The translations under genes were made by a program, and so were the position numbers. A DNA stretch of 64,000 bases from assembly GCF_018350175.1 (NCBI RefSeq), contig NC_058368.1:65846001-65910000 (forward strand). The letters run 5' to 3'. Shown here one piece after another: positions 38,193-50,040 of the stretch; the stretch's first letter is position 1, and the number at the start of each line of letters is the position of its first letter. Source of the stretch: Felis catus. Lineage: Eukaryota. The notes under the pieces are model-generated. The model saw only the letters and a list, made by a program, of their open reading frames with translations. It did no database searches and was not told where the DNA came from.

Positions 38193-39829
38193 AAAATCCT
38201 TCTTTCTTGTGGGTCATGACTTTGAAAAGAAAGTTTGACTTACAGTCTTTAGTAAGACCAGAAAGTTTCATCAGTAGACACCTGTCAATGTCTGCTACAC
38301 AGACTGTTTTTGCATGAAGAGCCTCTTAGCTGGTTCATATACCTTAGTAAACAGCTTTGCATTAACATTGCAATGCCAAGAAATCAATAAACAGAGTCAA
38401 TTTTCAATAAATGTGGTTGATGGACTATAAGGCTGAAAAGTTTATCATCAAATTTGATGAAATGAAGGCTATGAATTATGTCCATTGAGAGCGTTCTCTG
38501 ATCACAATGGAAAACCATTCTGAAGAATTTACCATTGAGATAATTTACAAGAGAAACGGTATTCTGTTTAGCTGTTTGCTTTGGGGAAAGAATTTAAGAT
38601 ATAAAGTAAGACCACCTTTTATAGCTATCACCTGACTCATTTGTATTGTTCCTTTTATGGTGATATTTTAATTGGAGTTAATTTTTATGGAGTCATCCAA
38701 AAATGAAACAGACCACAAAAAGGTCTTAGGTGAATGAAACCTTTTTATAATTCTTCTGTGGCTAGCGTATTCTCTTCTGTAATTGTTGATTATTCAGTGT
38801 AAGTTACTTCAATAATATACAGTGTTAGGAAGAATAGGTAAGCTTTTTAAAATTATCAATAATGCTTCTATGTTTACAACTTTTAAGTCAGCATAAATAA
38901 TACATGCTTGCTGCTTTATGATGGTGGTGTGGGCATTATATTTAGAAAGTACTTAGCAGTCAATAAATAAATAATATCATGATAAAAATAGTAACAAAAT
39001 GATATTAGTACTAGGAGCCATGACAATGAAAATAATGTAATTCATTGAAAATGTATGAATTTTAGCCTGGTCTAGGGGCTGTGATAAGCCCTGAAAATCA
39101 CAATAATATAAGTAAATCCCACTGTCAGAAGAAGGAAAGAACATTTCCCCTCAAGTATAGCATGTGGGATTCTGCAGATGGATTTAGAGAATTAAGAGAG
39201 ACAGTCTGTTTTGATTAAAACAGTTTGGTTATTTTGATTAAAACAGTTAAAATATCTTATTAATTTTAAGTTCTCTTGCAAACTACATAGCTTAGATGTA
39301 TGCTTTTGAAAAATAGTTGAGATAAGAAGAGGGTAGAAATTGAGGAAAATGAAGCTATTTATATCCAATGCACTAACAACTATTTGTGTCTTCTTTCTTT
39401 TTGTTCCCTTTTGTAGCTTGTCTCTCTAATACCTATGCCTGAGTTAGGCTACTTTATTTTAAAATTATACTATCTATTGGGATTCCATTAAAATGAGCAC
39501 CTTTCTCGTCATTGAAATTTGATTGTGAAATTGTATCCATTTTGGAAGAAGTTAATGAGTTCCTTAACTCTGTAAATACAACATAACTAGGAAATGTTTG
39601 AGAACCACAGTTCTACTTATACTGTACCTAATAGGTATAATCTCTCTCTCGACTACAGTTCAAGTGGGGTGGTTATAATAACCCAGCTTTTATTTCATCC
39701 CAATGTGGACTCTTGTAAAAGTGAAGCCATTTTATGCTTGTTCATTGTGTACTGTATGTCAAGTACTATTGATAAGTTTATGAGATACCAAGGCCAAGCA
39801 AGTTAACGTATTTGCAAGTACTAATTGGG

Positions 39830-39830
<1 letters not shown>

Positions 39831-39867
<37 letters not shown>
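39831..39867. repeat. (CA)n microsatellite
   Basis: Seen directly. Confidence 0.95.
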
Positions 39868-39872
<5 letters not shown>

Positions 39873-39889
39873 TCAATGTATACTGAGAG

Positions 39890-41360
39890 AATTTTGCAAT
39901 AAGTGTTCTGAGAACAGAAAGGAGAGACATCTAGCTTAATCTTATGTGCCCGGAAACTTTCAGGGGCATAGAAGCCTGAACCACATATTGAAGGATGCAT
40001 GGGCGTTGGGCAGATGATGAGGGCATCTAGCATGGTGAAGGATGTTTTAGGCAGAAGCAACAGTGAACAGAAGAAGCACAGAGGTATAAAACCAAATGAT
40101 GTGTGCAGGTAGCTGCAAGCATGTGGTGTTCTTGAGGTATAAAGTACAAAGCAATGAATAGCAAGAGATTAAGCTGGAGGCCCAAACTGAACCCTTGAAT
40201 AAAAACTATTTCACTAACAATTTGGTGCATGTCTATTTTACCTGAATAACTTAAAAAAAAAAACAGCAACAAACAAAAAAACAAAAACAGAACTTTCTGT
40301 GGTTTGGAAGCATTCTAGTATTTTTGAGGGACAAGTGAATGCTGAGCACTTACTGTGTGTCAGGTATTGTTCTGTAAGAAAAAGGAAATAACAATGAATA
40401 GCATTGTCCTTGAGGAAATCCAACACTATCCAGAAGTTCAAGTGTGGTACAAATGATCAGGATAAAGGCAGAGATCTGTATAGAGCACTATGTGAATCAA
40501 GAGAAACACACATTCCTTTTTGTCTTGGGAAATTGGAAAAGACACTGTAGAGTAGATAATAGTCAGACTTAGACTTCAAGAGTGAACAGGTATTACAACA
40601 GGGAGAAAGGGATGTAAGGCTTTGTGGTCCGAGGCCCAGCAGGTTCAAAGACACAAATCGTGAAAGGTCATGGTGTTTTGGAGGGGATTCCAGGAGGTAA
40701 ATTTGGACCATATTATTTGGGTCATAGTTTATGTTAAGGAATGTGAAGGACTTGGCATAGGCAAGGAATAACAATGATTTTTTAAAAGACAAGTATGTGA
40801 TCAGATATTCACTTTAAAAAGGCAGTCCATGGGGTTGATAATCTGGATTGGGGGACTGACAGCCGGTGCGGTGATGGGAAACTATTGCAGTTGCCCAGAT
40901 TAATAGTGATGAGACCTGGGTCAGCAGGTGGAGTGGAGTGGAGAGCACACCCGGAGAGACAAACACGCCAGCACAGTATATAGATGATGTATCTTCTCAG
41001 GTTCCCTCCCGGCATCAAGCACAGTTCCTGTCACAAAATTTGTTCCCGTTTAGTAACAGCTGTCTGTTGGCTGACTGGTTTGAGAATCACCACCATATCA
41101 TTGATTGTTGGCAAAGGATGGTAACATTTGGCTAGAGGAAGAGGGGAATAGGATCAGATGAAATATCAAAACATATCAAGATTTAAAGAGGGATATAGAG
41201 AAAGAAGACAAATGGTGCGAGCCAGAAAAGCATATTGCCCTGGAAGTAAAGAGAACAGAACTTCAAGAAATAGGGTAATGAACAGTATCGAATGTTGCAG
41301 ATAGTCAAGTGGGAGGCAGAGAGGAAATAGACTTTTGGATTTGGCTCTTAAGATGTTACC
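39890..41360 (-). mobile_element. Fragmented L2 elements
   Basis: tgagcacttactgtgtgtcaggtattgttct, atgtgatcagat...ttaaaaag and ctattgcagttgcccag are L2 hallmarks; probably more than one copy. Confidence 0.6.
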
Positions 41361-43264
41361 AATTAGCAAGCAGCAGTGCAACTACCCTGGTTTTGATTGG
41401 TAGAGAAGCTAATTCTTCTGCCACTACACATTCTAGAACTAGCGTGGTCCGTGGACTGGTGCTCTTGAGTAGGCTATCACGGTTTTGCAACAAGGTAAGT
41501 ACAACTGAAAGCACTTTAAAAATCTGAATAGCAATTTCACATTGCCCCAGCATCCAAGACACCATCAGTAGACTTTTCCTTGAATATTGGTGAACTTGTC
41601 TGGTGAGTCTCCTCGCTGTGACCTGCATCTTAGTTATGCTCCATCAGGTTAGGTATCAAAGCATAACATCCTGGGAAGAGTCAAATAACCAGCCAAAGCC
41701 TGTCTAGGTCATGGGAGCCTCAGACAGTGAGTCTGAGATGTATTATTCTAGAACAATGCTGAGAATACAAAATAACCTATTCGGCTTGATTCTGTTGGTG
41801 TGTCTGGACTTTCTCCTCCCTGTATGCAGTTTCCCTTTACCCCTTTTTGTGGCCTTCTGTCCCAGCCTTTTCCCCTGGGGTGCATTCTCTGTGTTCACAA
41901 CCATCAATGGGCTCCTGTAAGCCCATTTTGATTGACACATCTACTGTCTGCCTTTGCCCCACAAGTCCGAGAACTTCTCTGGGGCCATCGGAAACGTGTG
42001 CTACAAGCAGATGTCTTTGTTACTAATAGGGAACCTCCAGTGGTGAAATGTGCCAATTAAGGTACAGCACAAATAAAAAAGGCCCAAGGATAGAACTCTA
42101 GTGCTGCAACTCAAAGGATGCTTCTTCTAAAATGGCTTCGTAAAGGAAAACGGACCTGACACTTTATTCCAGTGAACAGCGCTGAGTCTGTTCTTGGATA
42201 TGTATCTCCGAATGCTTTCATGCTTTTCTTGCTGGAAGGTTCTGTGCCACAAGATTTGAACAGCAGTCGTATTGTAATTACTTACACATGCAAAAGCACA
42301 CCCGGAGTGTTGGCTGGACACTGCGGGCTGTGTGGCAGGATAGGCCGAGACTAAAAGTCCGGAGGATTTTTCTTTTATGGTCCCATCTTCATGGAGTCAG
42401 TGTAACAAGGACATTCTCTGAGGCAATATCAGTGCAGAGGTTTATGAGCCAAGATACACATGAAAAAGAATTTTAATAGAGCTTGACAGATATATTGCAT
42501 TAAGACTGCTGACATAGTGAAGCAAGACTTGTGTAAAGAGTATGACACATTGGTATTTTTTAAAATGAGGTATTAGGTCATACAGATAGCTGACTGTATA
42601 AAGAGGGGGGATACACTGTCTCTACCGTTACCCTCGTGATTACAGGCAAGGGTTATTCCCCTTCATGTGTATGCGTTTTACCTCTTCGTCTTGATGAGTG
42701 GTATTCAGCACAGACACAGTGGATCAATCCCAGATGCTTAGAAAATAAAAATCACCCCACACAATGTTGAAACTCTACGTTGTCTTACGTCTAAATCAGA
42801 CGGCCATGGGTGAAAATGGACAGTTCAGAGTGTCAGTAATGGGATAATGGTGACTTTGACATTCAGATGGAAGTACAACTGTAGCCTAAATCAATAGATA
42901 TTCCGAGTTAACATGAGTTGACACTTAAGCGGCGGGCATAAACAGATTTTTAAAAATTCATTGTTGGCGTTGCAGGAATGTGCTGCATGTCAAAAATGCC
43001 GATGTCATATTTAATACTCAGTAGATAACGGGATTTTCATGGGAATTTTATCCTCTTTAGTTTGTAGTATCTTAAGTCAGGAAAGCAGAGTTTTCCATGT
43101 TCATTTTGTATAGGATTTGGCAATCAGAAAAAGTCATTCAACATTTTAAACTTTCATAAATATATTAATTATGAAAAACTGTTATGCTGCGTACCATTCT
43201 CACAGTAGTTATAAATATGAGTCTCTCCATAAAGAAATATATTGGTTAATAAATAATGGGTGTT

Positions 43265-43505
43265 GGGCACCTGGGTGGCTCAGTCGGTTGGGCGTCCGAC
43301 TTCGGTTCAGGTCATAATCTTACGGTTTGTGAGTTCGAGCCCTGCATCGTGGGCCCTGTGCTGACAGCTCAGAGCCTGGAGCCTTCTTCGGATTCTGTGT
43401 CTCCTTCTGTCTCTACCCTTCCCCTGCTCACGCTCTGTCTCTCTCCCAAAAATAAATAAACATAAAAAAGTAGAAATAAAACTGATCAATCAATAAATAT
43501 AAATA
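43265..43505 (+). mobile_element. CanSINE
   Basis: TSD aataaataatg(g/t)gtgtt at 43248-43264 and 43506-43522. Confidence 0.93.
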
Positions 43506-44299
43506 AATAAATAATGTGTGTTAAAACTTTTCCTCATTTGCTCTTGGTTTTCTAAAGACCCATTTCCTTACTAAAACTCTATCTACATAAGGCAAAATGT
43601 ATTTCACTGTTTTTCAACGGAAATGGACAGCAGTCAGTAAGAAACACAGGATTTTATAGGGCTTTAAAAATAGCAGAGAACCAATCACTCTGCAGATGTG
43701 CTCATTCCTTTCTTCTTAGGGTTTTGTTGCTCAAATTAAAGGCTGGGCCAAGGGGAAGTTAAGTGTGCTTGCAATAACACATTTTATCGAAAAGACAAAC
43801 CTTATGATATCCTGCTGCATTTGTAGATAGAATATAACTATATAAAATATTTATGACACCATTTCCATAAAATATCAGGAATATCTATTGTGGAATGGAG
43901 AAAAAAGTACTCTGACATTTTGGCTAAGACGGCAGAGAATCCAGATGGAAAGTCTTTTATATTTGTGCAGATTCTTTTTTTTTTATTGTTAAAGTGATAG
44001 CTTTGTTCCAGCAATAGTCCGATATACCAATTGTTTAATACATTGTAAATCTTACAACTCCTGGCTATCCAAGCTGTCCCTCTTAGTCAGTTGGTAGTTG
44101 ATCACTTGTGTTGTGGTTATAGAACCAAGTGCATTGGGGAAATTAAATAATCTGATGAACCACTCAAGCCAAAGAGACTTTTTCCCCCCTTTGAATTACC
44201 AAAAATATTTAAATAAAATTTTGACCCTAGCTTAAATCACCTAGGTATTTATTTTTTGTGACAGTTAGTAAAATAGTGTTATGCATTTTTGCATATTTT

Positions 44300-44600
44300 T
44301 TTCTGACTACAAAATCAATATGTGTGCTCATCCAGAAAGCAAAACAATGTGGAAAGTGCAGAAGGGTACAAAGAAGAAAATAAGAGAATCCTAAATTCTC
44401 ACTACCCAACCAGTGTCAAAGATGGGCTAAAAGATAATCCATCTCAAAAGTTTGTTTCTAGTCTTTCTGTAACTCTAATATGTATTTTATATTACATATT
44501 GTTAAATCTTGTGGGATAATTCACATTGGATTCTACTTTTTTCTCTTTTATATGGGAAGTATTTCCCCACATCAATAGCATTTCTTTAAAAATTACCCTT
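44300..44600 (-). mobile_element. Old L1ME-like 3' fragment
   Basis: atatgtgtgctcat...gtacaaagaagaaaataag...aattctcactaccca. Confidence 0.45.
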
Positions 44601-45015
44601 ATTTCTTAAAGAATTCTTTTGCAACCTAAAGAATTTGTTTGCTACCAATATATCTGGGAATCTGTCACAAACAGTCACCTCCTGGACATTCTCACTATGA
44701 AAAAGAAACAACTGTTTTAAGTAGTTCATGTGTGTGTCCATGTATCATGTTTACCTGAATTCATCTTGTACCCTGAATGCCAGGATATATGAGAGTCCCG
44801 TTATTCCCTTAGCATGTATTTAACTGTTGAAATTTACTGGTTGGTTTGTATATACTCCACAGAGCTTAGGAGCAGTTTTTTTTGTTTGTTTTGTTTTGTT
44901 TTTTCAAAAAGAAAAAAAAAGATATAAACATAGAGGTAGGAATGAGGCTAACTGGAAATGTATATTGGAAGTTCCTGGGCAATCTTTCCCGTTGGTCCAA
45001 AAGTCTAGATCTAAG

Positions 45016-45532
45016 CCAGATTGCAGACTGGTAGACCTTGGTCCTAACTGGCCCAGGGGCATGTTTTATTTGGCATCAATTCTTAAGATTTCAAATAATG
45101 TTTTGAAATGGGAAGGATTAACATAAAATGTGGATTTCTACAATTCCTAAAGATATGACCAGCCTGGCCCCGTGTTAAGGAAGGTTTAGACCGAGTTTGT
45201 GCTGGGTTGAACATTCATGGCTCAGTTTGATGCCCACCTAATCATTCCTTTAGTTCGCCTGATTCTGAGCTCAATATTGCTGGCCATCTATCAAAATGTT
45301 TCAAAATGTGTGGCTGTTTTTCTCATAATAGAGAAATGTTTCTCTATACCTGTGTGTTTACTAAAAATGAAAAAGGGTCAATCACTTTTTGGGTGGCTCA
45401 GTCAGTTAAGCCTACAACTCTTGATTTCAGCTCAGGTCATGATCTCACGGCTGGTAAGATCCAGCCCCGCGTCGAGCTCCAGACTAACAGCAAGAATCCT
45501 GCTTGGGATTCTCTCTCTCTGTGTCTCCCCAC

Positions 45533-45585
<53 letters not shown>

Positions 45586-45785
45586 ATGAATGAACTTTTT
45601 TTTTAAGTGAAAAAGTGAATGACAAATAGAGCCATGTTTCAAGAAAAAAAATGGTAGGAAGCTTACCTTTTTTTGAAAGTATAGAATATTCTACTTTATA
45701 TGCAAATTATTTCTATGTTTAAAATTAAAAAATAAACTTCACTTGTAATTACTGACTCTGTGGCATTTGAATGTGCCAACCTTCC
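45016..45785 (-). mobile_element. MER102-like hAT-Charlie element split by a SINE
   Basis: Ends ttgcagactgg...ctggcccag..catgttttatttgg and cttcact...tggcatttgaatgtgccaacc resemble the two MER102 termini. Confidence 0.5.
45382..45605 (+). mobile_element. CanSINE with long (CT)n
   Basis: gggtggctcagtcagttaagc...cagctcaggtcatgatctcacgg. Confidence 0.9.
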
Positions 45786-46046
45786 TTTAAGCCTGCTGTT
45801 AGCCATCAGTATGAGACAGACAATAGTCTTTAAATAAAAGCAAACCAATAACTAAAAAAACAAAAAACAAACAAACAACAACAACAAACTCTACTATTCT
45901 TAGTGTTAGATCAGGAAAGAATCTCCCCTTTTAACATCTTAAAGAATATCCTTGTAACATACAGCTAGAAGTTTACTCCTGCCAGAATGGACCACAGCAA
46001 GCACAGACCTGGAATTTTTCCCATCAAAGTTGTCACAAAATCATCA

Positions 46047-46575
46047 CTATGCTGTCCAAAACGAATACATTGGGAGCCACATATGTTATTTAAAACGTTT
46101 TATAAGCACATTAAAATAAAAGGAAACTGGGGCGCCTGGGTGGCGCAGTCGGTTAAGCGTCCGACTTCAGCCAGGTCACGATCTCGCGGTCCGTGAGTTC
46201 GAGCCCCGCATCGGGCTCTGGGCTGATGGCTCGGAGGCTGGAGCCTGTTTCCGATTCTGTGTCTCCCTCTCTCTCTCTGCCCCTCGCCCGTTCATGCTCT
46301 GTCTCTCTCTATCCCAAAAATAAATAAACGTTGAAAAAAAAAATTAAAATAAAAGGAAACAGGTGAAACTAATTTTAATGGTAAATTTTTAACCTATTAT
46401 ATCCAGAATCTTGTCATTTAAATATGTAATCAATACAGAAATTATTGATGAGATATTTTATTTTTCTTGTAACAAGGCCTCAAATTTCAGGATGTATTTT
46501 GCATTTTGGGACTAGCCATATTTCCTATGCTCAAGAGTCATATGTGGCTAGTGACTAATGTGTCAGACAACGCAA
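46047..46575. mobile_element. MER33 hAT element interrupted by a young SINE
   Basis: tgctgtcca...gagccacatatg...gaaac|aggtgaaactaattttaat...gactagccatatttc...tgtggctagtg. Confidence 0.8.
46129..46342 (+). mobile_element. Young felid SINEC_Fc
   Basis: Perfect 18-bp TSD attaaaataaaaggaaac at 46110-46127 and 46343-46360. Confidence 0.96.
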
Positions 46576-46759
46576 ATATATAGTTTTAATGCGTTATCCT
46601 CCTGTCAAGGGCAAAGAATTTTAGGGACTCACCAGGAAGTCTAAAACTCTTGGGGTTGATTGTTGACATGGTTCTCCAGTTGTGAGGAAAATAGAGAAAT
46701 ATTTTGTGTTTGCATAATGCATTTTGGACCCTGACTGGAATTCTGACAGAAGTAACAGA

Positions 46760-47100
46760 TACTTTATTGAGAGATTTGCTCTCGCCAGCCCTCAGAGATT
46801 TTGCAGGTGGTATTACCAGTGCCCATTAAAAAAAGTATAATGAGCGCCAGAAAGATTGTAAATCATCAGAGAGAGATTAATCTGTGCTTTTCCACCTCCC
46901 CTGGGGAGGCAGATGAGAAGAATTCATGGAGGAGTTGGCTGTTATCTATGGGTGTCAGCCTCAGTCGTAAACAAAATAAATAAACATCCAAATATTATCA
47001 AAGGGGGCTCTCTGTAACTTTTGGCTCTTACAAAGGGGTCCTTAATGTTCACAAAGGTGGTCCGTCACCATTAAATGACTCAACACCACATAACTAATTT
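46760..47100. promoter_or_regulatory. Candidate intronic developmental enhancer (motif cluster)
   Basis: EBF, posterior HOX/FOX, TCF/LEF, SOX, AP-1 and RUNX-type motifs within about 200 bp of non-repeat DNA; motif evidence only. Confidence 0.35.
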
Positions 47101-49849
47101 GTGTTCAGACAGATTTGAGAGTATTTCTGCAAGATTTTGGTAAAGATGGTACTTTTCAAGTAAAAGTCCCTTAAGTATTAGCTCTCTTAGATTTCCCATA
47201 AAACATTTGAGCAGACAGTGTTTAAAAGAATCTGGAAAATTGCAATTTTAGTGAATTACTATTTGGATGCATAAGGTGATGTACTAGAGGTTGACAGAGC
47301 TGACATTCTTCGTCCCCAAATGCCTGTCACTGTCAGGGAAGAGCTTACCGTAAGAGGGATCCTGTTCAATAACTGCTTATGGAATTGATACTTTTCATCA
47401 CCACTCTGAAAACTTTGATTTGTTATTGAGTTTCCCTTCATGAGATAGGTCGGATCACCAGCCACCTTGTTCTGGATCCTTGCCGCTTTCCCCCAGGCTC
47501 ATAATACCATCATGCTAGAGAGCTGACTTTGGGCTTATTTTATAATTCCATTCATTGAATTAATTTAGAATATGTAAACTGATTTATTGTGAGATTTAAA
47601 ATCACTTCCCTCAGGAGAGCAGAGAATATTAGGTTAGCAGTTTTTCTGAGCACAACTTTGACTCAGTTTCAAGGGGCAGGCAATTTAATGTGAGCATCCC
47701 ATAATTTTAGCTGTACAGTGTCATTTTTCTCTCTACTTTTCACTGCTGAGTCAAGAATCTATTTGAGAGGTTACAGATATGTCAGAGTATTTCCAGTGGA
47801 GAGAAACTTTGTAGGTAACTTCTATCTATCTGCAGCCTCAAATTCTTACTCTGTCTTCATTCCAACATCTACAGTTGCATTTCCTTTTCCAAACTCAGCA
47901 ACTCTACAAACCAATTTATTAAGAAGAAAGCTTAATAATTTGGAGCAGCACAATCACTTTGTGGCCCATTATAGGTCATTTTCTTTCTATGGTGCTTTCC
48001 ATGTGTATCTCTCCCATCCCATTTGCTCAGTTTCAGTCACCTGAAGTGCAGGCTGCTGTCCACTCCATGCAGCTTTCCCAGCCTTTAGGCTCTGTTGCTT
48101 ATTTTGGGCATCCTAAGAACATACCGTCACCACATGCTATTTTCAGTAAGTCACCGTCATGTTCGTAAATCCCAGCAGTATGTTGCTTGTCAATAATCGG
48201 GAATGTCTAAGCGCTTAGCTGTCTGCTGGGAACAGACTTGAATGCCAGATCCCTATCTACAAGAGATTGACAGGTCTGGGTCAGCAGCCTAGGATTCAAG
48301 TCTTCAGTTGCGCCTTCACCTTGCAACCCTGTATCGTCCAAGTCCCAATCCAGTGCCCAGTTTAATCCAACAAATATATTCCTGCTTTGTCCCACATGAA
48401 AGCTTATGGAACAATTTCTCCACCACGTTTCTTACCCATCATATGGCTTCCTCTTCCCATCAAATAATCTCTTACTTCATTCAACACTTGCTAAAATCTG
48501 CCCATTGCCACTTCTGGTGTCTTCAGGAACCTCTTTTCACCTAATCAGGTGCGTGTGTGCGTGTGTGTGTGTGTATGTGTTTGGTTTTGTTTGTTTTGTT
48601 TTTGTTGTTTCCATTCAGCCTCTTCAGAACCTCTACACTAAGCTTTTACCATGTTCATGTGGAGTTCTACATATATTCCTTTAAAGTTTTCACAACATTT
48701 TCCTGTGCGATGGACCTCCTCCACCTAGAGGTTGTAGCTTAGTACCCAAAGGAGCAACCCTTCTGTCTTCAGTATTTGTCACTGCAAGTACTGCTGCAAT
48801 TTGGATGTGACAGACATTGAAAAAATATTATTGCTGCTGTTACATTACTTTTGTCCTTTCTTTCATTCCTGTCATGGTTGGAATAACAGGGAGGGATATT
48901 ATCCATCTCTGTACCCTCTCCCACATTATTGTAAATAGTACCCTGAATTTCTGATGGTTTTAGATACACGTCCTTCCAGAATTCCACTCCCCCCACCCTG
49001 ACAAAAAAATTGAATACTTAGTGCATGTGGTTACCCAACAGATCCATAGCTCCTTTTGTTGGGATGTTCATGTGGAAAGACACTGTAGACCACTGAAAGA
49101 TTAATGACTCAGTATAGGCTGAGAAGCCATGCATTCCCTTAGTTATCACCTACGTGATGTAGTAGCTTGAGATCTGTCAAAGAGTAATGATCTTCATTTG
49201 TATTCCATATTTCCAAACTATTTATATCTCTATCACCTATCTATATGTAGATATAGATGTCTACACTGTTTCCATAGTTAGTGGAGCAACCATTATTTCA
49301 CGCATATGTTCCCTTCGTGTCTTACTGTTCTTGTGTCCAGACGCTTATTGACTCTACGATCACAACTTAGTTCAGTGAGGTATTAGCAGAAAAAGGTGTG
49401 ATTGTCTAGTCTTCAAACATCAACACTGTAGATTTTCTTGATCTTGTATTTCTTCTAAATAGAAGAGAAAGGTGTGCCAGAATACTGAAATCTTGGGAAT
49501 ATTTTTACTGTGAGTTATAGTAGTTATTAAAGAGAAGTGAAAGAAATAAAGAGAAAAAGCAAGTGATCTCTTTTGTAAAGTGTTCACATTGCTCATTTAC
49601 AATTAAGCTGTTCCGATTTCCGTAATTAAAATAATTTCCTCTGAGAGGTCTTAATAGTTCATGCCCATGAGTAAAAAAAAAAAAAAAAAATGCTGTTGTC
49701 ATGAATGAACGATTGAAAGATCTTACTCACTTGCTTGAGTTCCTGTGAGAAATCTTTGAAAACAAACCAGGCATGAAAAAGGCAATCAGTAGGGTTGGCC
49801 AGGGGTCATTTTAGAAGCCCATGGCATGTACCAGCTTATGCATGTATTC

Positions 49850-50040
49850 ATCCCTTCATTCAGCAAACATTTATTGGGCACTAACTCTTTGGCAGGTGCA
49901 ATGGGTACAATAATGAGCAAGACGTAGACCTGCCCTTAAAGAACTTTTATTCCAAAGTGGGTACAAGACCACTGAATAGTAGAGAGTGCTAAATACTAAG
50001 ACAGAGATATACGTGGGTCACAAGAATGCAGGTGCCTGTC
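49850..50040 (-). mobile_element. L2 3' fragment
   Basis: ttcattcagcaaacatttattgggcacta...gacctgcccttaaagaactt. Confidence 0.7.
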
